Under the pieces are notes generated by a model. It worked only from the letters and a program-made list of their open reading frames with translations, was not told where the DNA came from and ran no database searches. From positions 8,703-72,702 of the forward strand of contig JAFRSV010000011.1 in NCBI GenBank assembly GCA_017427405.1: a DNA stretch of 64,000 nucleotides, read 5' to 3'. The position numbers and the translations under genes are program-made. The stretch comes from Alphaproteobacteria bacterium. GTDB taxonomy: Bacteria > Pseudomonadota > Alphaproteobacteria > Rs-D84. Shown in pieces: positions 18,161 to 27,742 of this stretch (its first letter is position 1; every line of letters begins with the position of its first letter).

Positions 18161-18787
18161 TTAATCATCAATCTTGGCGTATTCACAGAAACCTTCGTTT
18201 GTATCGCAACGGGAAATTGTACCTTCGCTAATAAAATATCCCTGGGCGTGCAGGCATGCCGGGCAAACATTTGGGGCCTCGGTTCCAATGTGCCACATAC
18301 CGCAATTCGTGCAACGCCACATAACGATTTTATCCTGTTTGAACAACGTCCCATTTTCAATCGCGTCAATCAATGCGCGGAAACGCGATTCATGATAACG
18401 TTCTGCAAGACCGATGTTTTTCAGCACCGATGCGATGGAATCAAAACCTTCTTCGGCGGCGATTTGTGCAAAACGCGGATACATATCGGTGTTTTCTTCG
18501 TGTTCGCCGTATGCCGCCGCCTGCAAGTTTTCAAGTGTTGTTCCGATTTTTCCCGCCGGGAAAGATGCGGTTATTTCAATTGCGCCACCCTCTAAGAATT
18601 TAAACAAACGTGACGCATGTTCGCGTTCTTGTTCTGCGGTCTCAAGAAAGATTTTACCAATCGCCTGAAAACCTTCGTCCTTGGCGCGTGACGCAAAGAA
18701 AGAATAACGGTTGCGCGCCTGGGATTCGCCGGCAAATGCGATAAGTAGATTTTTTTCGGTTTGTGTGCCTTTTAATGATATGGACAT
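18161..18787 (-). CDS. rbr: Rubrerythrin
   Basis: N-terminal ferritin-like diiron domain (TEKNLL.AFAGESQARNRY, EHA, E..H) plus a C-terminal rubredoxin-like CTNCG...CPAC. Confidence 0.85.
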   Translation of the reverse strand: MSISLKGTQTEKNLLIAFAGESQARNRYSFFASRAKDEGFQAIGKIFLETAEQEREHASRLFKFLEGGAIEITASFPAGKIGTTLENLQAAAYGEHEENTDMYPRFAQIAAEEGFDSIASVLKNIGLAERYHESRFRALIDAIENGTLFKQDKIVMWRCTNCGMWHIGTEAPNVCPACLHAQGYFISEGTISRCDTNEGFCEYAKIDD

Positions 18788-18850
18788 ATTTTTCTCCTTG
18801 GGTTAAATTTGCCACTATCATAACAGGCGCCGTAACAAAAAGCAAAGTAA

Positions 18851-20615
<1,765 letters not shown>

Positions 20616-20930
20616 TCACTTATGTGATGATGATTCTGAACCCGATGCGGAATAGTCGTTTTGGACCCGGGGGCGGTACCCGGCACCTCCACCAATAAAA
20701 CATACGGGGGTGTATGAGTTTCGACAGACGCAATAAAGGCATATGGCTGAATCCGACATGGTTGTCGTTAAATACCAAATAAAAACATGAATGGCGATAG
20801 AATCGCTGCGAACGACAATGTTCGCCTTGCAATGGCCGCCTAATAATGGCTTGGACACGGTTGGCGATTGTTAACCTGTCCGTTTTGGCTTTTGCGGGGC
20901 CCGCCGGGTGCCTGGCACCAGAAACCCGGC
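20616..20930 (+). ncRNA. ssrA: Two-piece (circularly permuted) tmRNA; boundaries approximate
   Basis: The acceptor piece ends ...CCCGG-CACCTCC-ACCA at 20694. The coding piece starts GGGGGTG at 20706 and pairs with CACCTCC, giving G3:U70, followed by the TTCGAC motif. The tag ORF GCG AAC GAC AAT GTT CGC CTT GCA ATG GCC GCC TAA TAA (20808-20846) encodes ANDNVRLAMAA. Confidence 0.8.
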
Positions 20931-20962
20931 ATTTAATAAAACAAACAAAAAAAGGGTAAAAA

Positions 20963-21196
20963 ATGTTAGGAAAAATGAAAAAAATATTCTTTGGTGGTAT
21001 ATTCTGCGCATTGTATATTTCATTTATTGCACAGTTTGTTTATGTGCTGGGTTGGATTTCCATGAACGATGGAAAGTTGGCGTTTTTGGCCGCACTGTCA
21101 CTTGAATGGTTGTTCTTGATTGGTGCACGCTATTTATCACGTCGCAGTGGCGTTGCCCAACAAAAACCCGGCTTTAACGGTGGTCGCCGTCACTAG
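20963..21196 (+). CDS. Small hydrophobic hypothetical protein
   Basis: 77-aa ORF with two hydrophobic segments, followed by the terminator at 21223-21246. Weak support. Confidence 0.3.
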   Translation: MLGKMKKIFFGGIFCALYISFIAQFVYVLGWISMNDGKLAFLAALSLEWLFLIGARYLSRRSGVAQQKPGFNGGRRH

Positions 21197-21222
21197 ATAT
21201 TGGCATTGTGTCAAATAAAAAG

Positions 21223-21246
21223 TTCCCGAATTTTCGGGAATTTTTT
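21223..21246 (+). terminator. Rho-independent terminator
   Basis: TTCCCGAA-TT-TTCGGGAA followed by T6. Confidence 0.6.
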
Positions 21247-21287
21247 ATTACGGCGGCCCAGGGGACAAACATGCACAAACGCGTCCG

Positions 21288-21328
21288 CACTAACCACTAA
21301 CACTAACCACTAACACTAACACTGACAC
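21288..21328. repeat. Solo arm of the palindromic mosaic element family (copy E)
   Basis: CACTAACCACTAACACTAACCACTAACACTAACACTGACAC. The adjoining GCGTCCGCACTAACC is the reverse complement of the inner end of the left arm of copy F. Confidence 0.75.
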
Positions 21329-21382
21329 TTTGTATTATTGCCCTTGAAAACCGATAAAAATAATTCTATATTTATAACCGCT

Positions 21383-23140
21383 ATGAAAGAATATATTTTA
21401 CCTTGTCGGGATTTAGTGGTGCATCCGGATATGACGGTGCCACTTTACATTGATAATCCTATTTCGATTTCTTGCATAAAGTCCGCCGTCGGCCTTACCC
21501 AGCGTGTTGTTATTGTTCCGCAACATGGGGGGGCATATCCGACCGCCCCGGGCGACCTGTATGAATATGGTACAATCGGCGACGTGGTTCAATTATTACA
21601 CATGCCCGATGGAACAATTCATTCCATTATTCACACGACAAATGTCGTAAAGTTAAAGGATGTTACGGTTGTTAATGGCGTTTTCTGTGCCAACACCGAA
21701 ATCGTTCCGATGGCGGACGATATTGCGGACGAACGCACGGTCCTTATGCGGGACAAGGTTTTTGAAACAATTCAAAGTATTTCCAGTTTTCGTAAATTAA
21801 AAACCGATAAACTGCGTGGCGTGATTCAAAGTTATCCGATGCCGGCGTTTGTGGATTCGGTCTTGCAAACGATGGAAATTGATACCGACATGTCGGTTCG
21901 CGTTCTAATCACGCCGTCATGGTATGATAAAATGGTAATGCTGTACGAAAAGATTAAGGTTATCCAAGAAACGTCCAAGGTCGAAGATAGCATAAATCGT
22001 CGTATCAGTATGCAAATGGAACAAGGCCGGCGCGAGGCGATTTTGCAAGAAAAAATGCGTGCGATTCAAAAAGAAATGGGCGAAGATGACGATATGGAAG
22101 ATTCCACATCAATGCGTAAAAAAATTGAAAAATCGTCTATGCCGGCGGATGTCAAAGAAAAGGCGATGACCGAATGGAAACGCATGCGCAATATGTCGCC
22201 AATGTCAAACGAAGGCGGCCTTATTAAAACATATTTGGAAGAATTACTTGCCATGCCGTGGGATAAATCCGATAAATCTGAAATTGATTTGAATGCGGCA
22301 CGCAAAACATTGGATGCGGAACATTCCGGCATGCGGCCCGTCAAAGAAAGAATTTTGGAACATATCGCGGTTATGAAGAAAACCGGCTCTAACCGCGGCA
22401 GTATTCTGTGCTTTGTCGGTGCGCCGGGTGTTGGAAAAACATCGCTTTGCAAATCTATTGCGACCGCACTTGGGCGGAAATATGCCCGGATATCACTTGG
22501 TGGCGTTTCGGACGAGGCACATTTTAGGGGCCACCGCAAAACCTATATCGGGGCGCAGACCGGGCGCATTATGGACGCATTGAAACGCGCAAAGTCCAAT
22601 AATCCGGTTATTGTTTTGGACGAAATTGATAAAATGGGGCGCGATTGGCGCGGCGACCCGGAATCCGCACTTTTGGAAGTTTTGGACCCAGAGCAGAATA
22701 GGGCGTTCCGTGACCATTACCTAGAGGTGGATTTTGACCTGTCAAACGTTCTGTTCATCGCAACGGCGAACAGTTTGAATATGTCAAACGCGCTAAAAGA
22801 CCGTATGGAAATCATCGAAATTCCGGGTTATGGCGAAGATGAAAAACTGCAAATCACCCGCGAACATTTAATTGCGCGTGCCGCGGCGGATACCGGTTGG
22901 GATGTGGATAAAATAACAATGACCGATGATGCGATTCGTCATATAATCCGCAAATATACGGCGGAACAGGGGGTGCGTGGGCTGCAACGTGAAATAACCG
23001 CGATTTTGCGTCGGTCGTTACTTGAAAACGATGGCGAAGACGTACCAACGGAATTCACCGTGGAAAAAATTGATGATTTATTGTCACTGCATCAATCCGC
23101 CGGTTTTTCAAAGCGCATCGGTTTTGGGGTTGGTATATAG
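21383..23140 (+). CDS. Lon-like AAA+ ATPase lacking the S16 protease domain
   Basis: Lon N-terminal domain, Walker A GAPGVGKTS, Walker B VIVLDEIDKM, and GVRGLQREI. The protein ends about 50 aa later with no Ser-Lys protease domain, and tsaB starts 13 nt downstream. ATG at 21383. Confidence 0.75.
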   Translation: MKEYILPCRDLVVHPDMTVPLYIDNPISISCIKSAVGLTQRVVIVPQHGGAYPTAPGDLYEYGTIGDVVQLLHMPDGTIHSIIHTTNVVKLKDVTVVNGVFCANTEIVPMADDIADERTVLMRDKVFETIQSISSFRKLKTDKLRGVIQSYPMPAFVDSVLQTMEIDTDMSVRVLITPSWYDKMVMLYEKIKVIQETSKVEDSINRRISMQMEQGRREAILQEKMRAIQKEMGEDDDMEDSTSMRKKIEKSSMPADVKEKAMTEWKRMRNMSPMSNEGGLIKTYLEELLAMPWDKSDKSEIDLNAARKTLDAEHSGMRPVKERILEHIAVMKKTGSNRGSILCFVGAPGVGKTSLCKSIATALGRKYARISLGGVSDEAHFRGHRKTYIGAQTGRIMDALKRAKSNNPVIVLDEIDKMGRDWRGDPESALLEVLDPEQNRAFRDHYLEVDFDLSNVLFIATANSLNMSNALKDRMEIIEIPGYGEDEKLQITREHLIARAAADTGWDVDKITMTDDAIRHIIRKYTAEQGVRGLQREITAILRRSLLENDGEDVPTEFTVEKIDDLLSLHQSAGFSKRIGFGVGI

Positions 23141-23152
23141 GGAAATGTAAAA

Positions 23153-23689
23153 ATGATATTCGTTATAAACACTTCTGGCACCGGTTTGGAATTTGTTTTG
23201 GACGACCATTACAAAGCGGTCGTGGTGGAAAAGCAATCATTGGCGTTGCCGACGGCGGCGGAATCTTTTTTGACCGAATGTGGCGCGAATTGGCGCGACA
23301 TAACCGCAATCGGCGTTGTCACCGGCCCGGGCAGTTTCACCGGAATCCGCATGGGAATTGCCTATGCCAAGGGTATTGCGATGGGTTTGAATATCCCGGT
23401 TGTGGGGCTTAGTGCGTTTGACTTATATCATGCCGCCACGCCCGATGCATTTGTTGCGATTGATTCGGGACGCGGCGATTTCTTTGTGGCATCGCCCCAC
23501 CACGCGCCATGCACCATGACAATTGAACAAGTGGAAACGGAACAAATGAAATGTCCACGCACCGTTGGCCACAAACCATTTGATTTGAAACTTGCGCCGG
23601 CGATTGTCGCGGATAAAATTGCACGCGGTGCGGTTGAACCAGTCGTGCCAATGTATCTGCGCCCAAGTTACGCCGAAGAAAAGAGGTAA
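23153..23689 (+). CDS. tsaB: tRNA t6A biosynthesis protein TsaB (short form)
   Basis: GPGSFTGIRMGIAYAKG motif. The gene precedes rimI, as in many bacteria. Confidence 0.8.
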   Translation: MIFVINTSGTGLEFVLDDHYKAVVVEKQSLALPTAAESFLTECGANWRDITAIGVVTGPGSFTGIRMGIAYAKGIAMGLNIPVVGLSAFDLYHAATPDAFVAIDSGRGDFFVASPHHAPCTMTIEQVETEQMKCPRTVGHKPFDLKLAPAIVADKIARGAVEPVVPMYLRPSYAEEKR

Positions 23690-23882
23690 ATAACATGTTG
23701 AAAAAAGAAGAAATTGTTAAACGGATTAAATTGGACAACTGCAAATCACCGGCAAAAGTCGAAAGGTATTTGCATGATATATATGATCATAAAATTCACA
23801 GTTACGTTGAAAGATGCATATTTGCTGGGTATGTTGCCGGCATATGCGAATCAATACGGCGTAGTCAAAAATCCAGATAAAA

Positions 23883-24269
23883 ATGCTAAATAAACTTGCC
23901 GATTTACATAAACTTTGCTTTCCGCACCGGCCATGGGACGCGAACGATTTTCGTGACCTAAAAAAATCCGGTTGTGAAATTGTGGCGTCTGAAAACGGTT
24001 TTATCGTTTGGCGCACCGTCGCGGATGAATCGGAAATTATCACAATCGGCGTTCACCCCGCCGCGCGTGGCGCGGGAATTGCGACCGCGATGCTTACTCT
24101 AATGGAACACGAAACAAAGAAAGCCGGCGCAAAAACAATCTTTTTAGAAGTATCCGCTGAAAACGCGCCCGCAATCGCGCTTTATAAAAAATGCGGATTT
24201 ATCCAAAACGGCCGCCGCCCGAAATACTATGACGGTGTGGATGCAATTTTGATGAAGAAAGAGATTTAA
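23883..24269 (+). CDS. rimI: GNAT acetyltransferase, RimI-like
   Basis: IGVHPAARGAGIATAML (R/QxxGxG/A acetyl-CoA motif). tsaB neighbourhood. Confidence 0.7.
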   Translation: MLNKLADLHKLCFPHRPWDANDFRDLKKSGCEIVASENGFIVWRTVADESEIITIGVHPAARGAGIATAMLTLMEHETKKAGAKTIFLEVSAENAPAIALYKKCGFIQNGRRPKYYDGVDAILMKKEI

Positions 24270-25537
24270 TTTCCATTCACAAATTCCAACACACGCGGGT
24301 CGAATATAACATCACGGGCCGAAAGTGGCCGCGCAATATGCATGTCACCCGCCGTGCGTGTGCGTGACAACGCAACATAGGTTTGGCCATGTTCAAACGC
24401 CCCGCGCGAAATATCAACAATCACGGTGTCCAATGTTTTGCCTTGGGCCTTGTGAATTGTCATTGCATAGCCAAGCATTAGCGGAAATTGCTTATACGCG
24501 CCGGTTTCGTTTTCTTGCAAACGGTCATTTTCATCGCGCGTGTATTCAATTTTTTGCCACTTTTCGGGTTTTACCAAAACGACATCACGACCCGCGTTCA
24601 AAAGTTCCACCGTAATATCGCGTGCGCCCAGTGCCCGCACCACCCCCATCGACCCATTGTGCCATTTATCACCGTTTTTAACAAAGACCACCAACGCCCC
24701 GACTTTCAGTTCCAGATTCATCGGCGCCGGCACATCGCGTTCGGCAAAGTTCCCGGTAATTTGCCCCGTATATCGCACCAGTGGCGCGCCAATCGCATTC
24801 AGCCGTTCGGCATTTATCCGTTCGGCAACCGCGCGAAATGGCGTAATTATAACGGCATTTTCGCGCCGCGTCGCGTCATCAATTTGGCATGTATTAAAAA
24901 ACGAAAGCGCACCCACATCACCGCTGCGTAACGCGTTCAGGTTCGTCAACAACCCTGTATCATTTTGCCGATACACCAAATCAAAGTTAAACCGTACGAA
25001 ATCCGCCCGCCGGTAAACATTGCTGTCGAAAAAGTACGCGTGTTCGTGCCCGTATGTCTGATGGAAAAATGTGGTCGCATCGCGCGTTATAACCGGCGGC
25101 AATTGAAACAGGTCGCCAATCGCCACAACCTGAATTCCGCCAAAGGGTTCGTTGTTACGCCGCGCAGAACGCGCCAAAATATCCATCGCGTCCATCACAT
25201 CGGGCGAAATCATCGACACTTCGTCCAAGACCAAAATATCGGTCGCGGTCAAAACGTTTCGCACGCGCGCCTTTAGTTTCAAAAATTCCGGGAACACAAA
25301 GTCGCGCGGTTGAATCTGAAACAGCGAATGTATAGTTTGCCCACCGATATTAAGGGCGGCAACGGCGGTCGGGCATGCGCATATGATTCTTTTCTTAGAC
25401 GCTGACTTTAAATAGTTAACAAAAGTGGATTTTCCTGTTCCGGCACTGCCCAAAATCAACACATTTTGATGCGTGTTTTCAATGGTGTCAAATACGATTT
25501 TTTGTTCGTCACTTAAAATTTTAACGATTTCCGACAT
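24266..25537 (-). CDS. PIF1/RecD-like SF1B DNA helicase
   Basis: Walker A GSAGTGKS, Walker B LVLDEVSMI, PIF1-signature-like AIGDLFQLPPV, and the C-terminal KAQGKTLD...YVALSRTR. The start is at MSEIV (25537); the upstream extension lies in repeat copy B. Confidence 0.75.
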   Translation of the reverse strand: MSEIVKILSDEQKIVFDTIENTHQNVLILGSAGTGKSTFVNYLKSASKKRIICACPTAVAALNIGGQTIHSLFQIQPRDFVFPEFLKLKARVRNVLTATDILVLDEVSMISPDVMDAMDILARSARRNNEPFGGIQVVAIGDLFQLPPVITRDATTFFHQTYGHEHAYFFDSNVYRRADFVRFNFDLVYRQNDTGLLTNLNALRSGDVGALSFFNTCQIDDATRRENAVIITPFRAVAERINAERLNAIGAPLVRYTGQITGNFAERDVPAPMNLELKVGALVVFVKNGDKWHNGSMGVVRALGARDITVELLNAGRDVVLVKPEKWQKIEYTRDENDRLQENETGAYKQFPLMLGYAMTIHKAQGKTLDTVIVDISRGAFEHGQTYVALSRTRTAGDMHIARPLSARDVIFDPRVLEFVNGN

Positions 25538-25574
25538 GCGCGCATTCTGGCATATAAAATATAAAAAAGCAAAT

Positions 25575-25727
25575 AGTGTAAGTGGAAAGTGTAAGTGGTT
25601 AGTAGCATCTGGAATCAATCCGTAATTGCGAAATAGTTCCAGAGCATAAAGTTCCCCTCTAGAGAGGGGTGGCGGGTAGCACCCGCCGGGGTGTGGTTCA
25701 CTAACCACTACCCACTTACACTAACGC
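25575..25727. repeat. Palindromic mosaic intergenic element, copy B
   Basis: Same arms and core as copy A (identical 37-nt TTCCAGAGC...GGGGTGGC and CGGGGTGTGGTTCACTAACCACTA). The internal small hairpin has a different sequence but is still a hairpin. Confidence 0.85.
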
Positions 25728-25737
25728 TCATCGCGAT

Positions 25738-26997
25738 ATGACCCAAATTTCATATTGTCTTGCCGGTGTTAATGTGATAGAATTCTCATACATGAGAGGG
25801 AATTTTTGCCACCGATTAACAAAGAAAGAATGGATAATAACCGCTTTTGCGGTATTTCATACTGTTTCTAATCTGTTTCTTGGAACATTTGTTGTGTCTT
25901 TTTTAATGCATAACACAATCAATGAAATTGTGTCTATATCGACATATCGTTTTTTCGAAATCTTGGCGATATGTTTAACATTTGTTATAACGGCAAATTG
26001 GTGCAAAAACGGCAACAGAACGGCACTTTTCGGAATGAACATTGTCACCCGGATTATTTTGATGGGTCTGATTGCTGTCCTTGGGTCGAATGTGGCGGGG
26101 TGGCTTGTTGTGTTGGGGATTCTTTACGGTATTTTCGAAGGTTTTTATAATTTGCCGATGCACGCCATCACAATTGAAAATGTTTGTGCCAAAAGAATGG
26201 TATTCTTTGTCGGCACCAAAGAAGCGATAGTACATACATTCAAAATCTTGGTGCCCGTCACATTGGGAACAATGCTAACAACAACATCACTGCAAAGTGT
26301 CGCGTGGACCATCATGATTATGGCAATTATGGAATTTTTTATGTTGTTTTTATTGCCACCGTGCCGAAATCCAAAACACCAACCAATAGATTTTATCGGT
26401 TTTTATAATCACCTAAGGGAAACACCGGTGTTGCGCAAGATATTTCTTTCGGAATTGTTACGCGGTTTTGCATGGATTTTGGAAACGGTCGTGGTTATGT
26501 ATATTGTCGATGCATTTCATACAGACATGAATCTTGGGATATGGTCAACGATTTTTGCAATCTGTACAATTGTGGCATCATGGGCATTTGGGCGTTTTTG
26601 TTCCAATCGGGATTTCAGGTGGATTGTATTATCTTGCTCTGTATTATTGGCGTTTTCGGCGGTCGCGTTGATAATTGATGTAAACCGTTTTAGCATATTG
26701 CTTTACTCTTTCGCCTATGCGGTTGGCATTGTCACCACAACTAAAATCTGTGGCACCAACATTTTAAATGTCGGGCAATCACGGTTCGTCACAAAAAATA
26801 TCCGCATAGAATACCTGGTTATGCGTGATGTTGTTCTGTTCTTTGGTCGTTGGGCTGGGTGCCTGTGTTTGATGTATATCGGTTCATTTAATTTGCATGG
26901 GGCTTTGCAGTACCTTATTGCGATATTATTTTTGTTGCATATCTTGGCGTGCGCGATATCCGCAAGGCAAACAAGATACCTTAGTGGAAAGTGCTAA
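25738..26997 (+). CDS. Polytopic membrane protein, MFS-like transporter (tentative)
   Basis: 419 aa with roughly 11-12 hydrophobic helices. No diagnostic motif recognised. Confidence 0.45.
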   Translation: MTQISYCLAGVNVIEFSYMRGNFCHRLTKKEWIITAFAVFHTVSNLFLGTFVVSFLMHNTINEIVSISTYRFFEILAICLTFVITANWCKNGNRTALFGMNIVTRIILMGLIAVLGSNVAGWLVVLGILYGIFEGFYNLPMHAITIENVCAKRMVFFVGTKEAIVHTFKILVPVTLGTMLTTTSLQSVAWTIMIMAIMEFFMLFLLPPCRNPKHQPIDFIGFYNHLRETPVLRKIFLSELLRGFAWILETVVVMYIVDAFHTDMNLGIWSTIFAICTIVASWAFGRFCSNRDFRWIVLSCSVLLAFSAVALIIDVNRFSILLYSFAYAVGIVTTTKICGTNILNVGQSRFVTKNIRIEYLVMRDVVLFFGRWAGCLCLMYIGSFNLHGALQYLIAILFLLHILACAISARQTRYLSGKC

Positions 26998-27030
26998 TCT
27001 GTTACGACCGCGGCGCGGCATACCGCAACG

Positions 27031-27110
27031 GGTGGTTAGTAGCATTTGGAATTAGTTTGTAATTGTGCGATTATTCAAGAATTCACTAACCACTAACACT
27101 AACCACTAAC
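27031..27110. repeat. Palindromic mosaic element, short copy C (arms without the CCCCTCTAGAGAGGGG core)
   Basis: GGTGGTTAGTAGCATTTGGAAT... is comparable to the left half of copy B, joined directly to CACTAACCACTAACACTAACCACTAAC. Confidence 0.75.
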
Positions 27111-27158
27111 TAAATTTTTCTTGCATCGGCAAACAAACTGTGTAATAATGCGCGCGTT

Positions 27159-27235
27159 GGGTTATTAGCTCAGTTGGTTAGAGCGGAGCGCTCATAACGC
27201 TTTGGTCGTGGGTTCGAGTCCTACATAACCCACCA
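27159..27235 (+). tRNA. tRNA with CAT anticodon (elongator Met type; lysidine-Ile2 not excluded)
   Basis: Hand fold: acceptor GGGTTAT/ATAACCC, anticodon loop CTCATAA, T-loop TTCGAGT, CCA encoded. Lacks the initiator features (C1:A72, 3 G-C pairs). Confidence 0.85.
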
Positions 27236-27316
27236 TCCGTCTTTGCCTGTGGCAAAGCCGCGATAGAGATTTCTCAATTATAATTGAAAAATCACCCACG
27301 CCGTGCTTGCATGGCG

Positions 27317-27624
27317 TGTTTTTTTAAGTTCCCCTCCTGTGGAGGGGTGGCCGAAGGTCGGGGGGGGCTTTTTTTCTGTCATCCCGCAGTATTGGGCCCC
27401 GCGCAAAACGAAGTTTGGCGTGGGTGATTTCATGCGGGATCTCGCCGAGCAAGTCGCAGTCCCACTCACTGCAACCCCGACGAGACCCCGCGTTTCGCTC
27501 GGCTTACAGCCCTGCGCGCAAATTTGTAGTTGTTCGAACTTCGCTTATGCTCGTTCTCACATACAAATTTTCAGCGGGGTGACGGCAAAAAACACTAACC
27601 ACTAACACTTACGCTACCCACTAA
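27317..27624. repeat. Expanded or partial copy D of the mosaic element
   Basis: Core variant AAGTTCCCCTCCTGTGGAGGGGTGGCCGAAGGTCGGGG at 27317-27365, and right arm CACTAACCACTAACACTTACGCTACCCACTAA at 27593-27624. About 220 nt of extra inverted-repeat-rich sequence lies between them. Confidence 0.65.
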
Positions 27625-27689
27625 AAATCTGCATAACGATTCGCAAAAAAATGTCAAAAAAAAAAATAAAAAAAAGCAACTATTTTTTC

Positions 27690-27718
27690 TTGCCTTAGAT
27701 TTTGTATTTTTCTAAGAT
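27690..27718 (+). promoter_or_regulatory. Candidate sigma-70 promoter of the giant gene (TTGCCT-17 nt-TAAGAT), preceded by an A11-T-A8 tract
   Basis: Hexamers at 27690-27695 and 27713-27718. A-tracts at 27656-27675. RBS AAGGGAG at 27731-27737. Confidence 0.35.
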
Positions 27719-27742
27719 GAAAGTAAATGAAAGGGAGAAAAT

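Noticed and set aside
20616-20858. Minus-strand ORFs (80 aa and 70 aa) between obg and 20963
   Set aside because: They overlap the tmRNA gene, whose tRNA-like pairing, tag ORF and promoter explain the region better.
23695-23880. 61-aa ORF between tsaB and rimI
   Set aside because: No motif and no convincing RBS. It may be real, but the sequence alone cannot support it, so it is left unannotated.
25538-25708. N-terminal 57-aa extension of the PIF1-like helicase ORF
   Set aside because: The extension is encoded by mosaic repeat copy B. The helicase Walker A region follows the internal start MSEIV.
27278-27605. ORFs 27278-27469 (-) and 27303-27605 (+)
   Set aside because: They lie wholly within the hairpin-rich repeat copy D downstream of tRNA(CAT). 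The peptides are Pro/Arg/Gly-rich translations of the palindromes.
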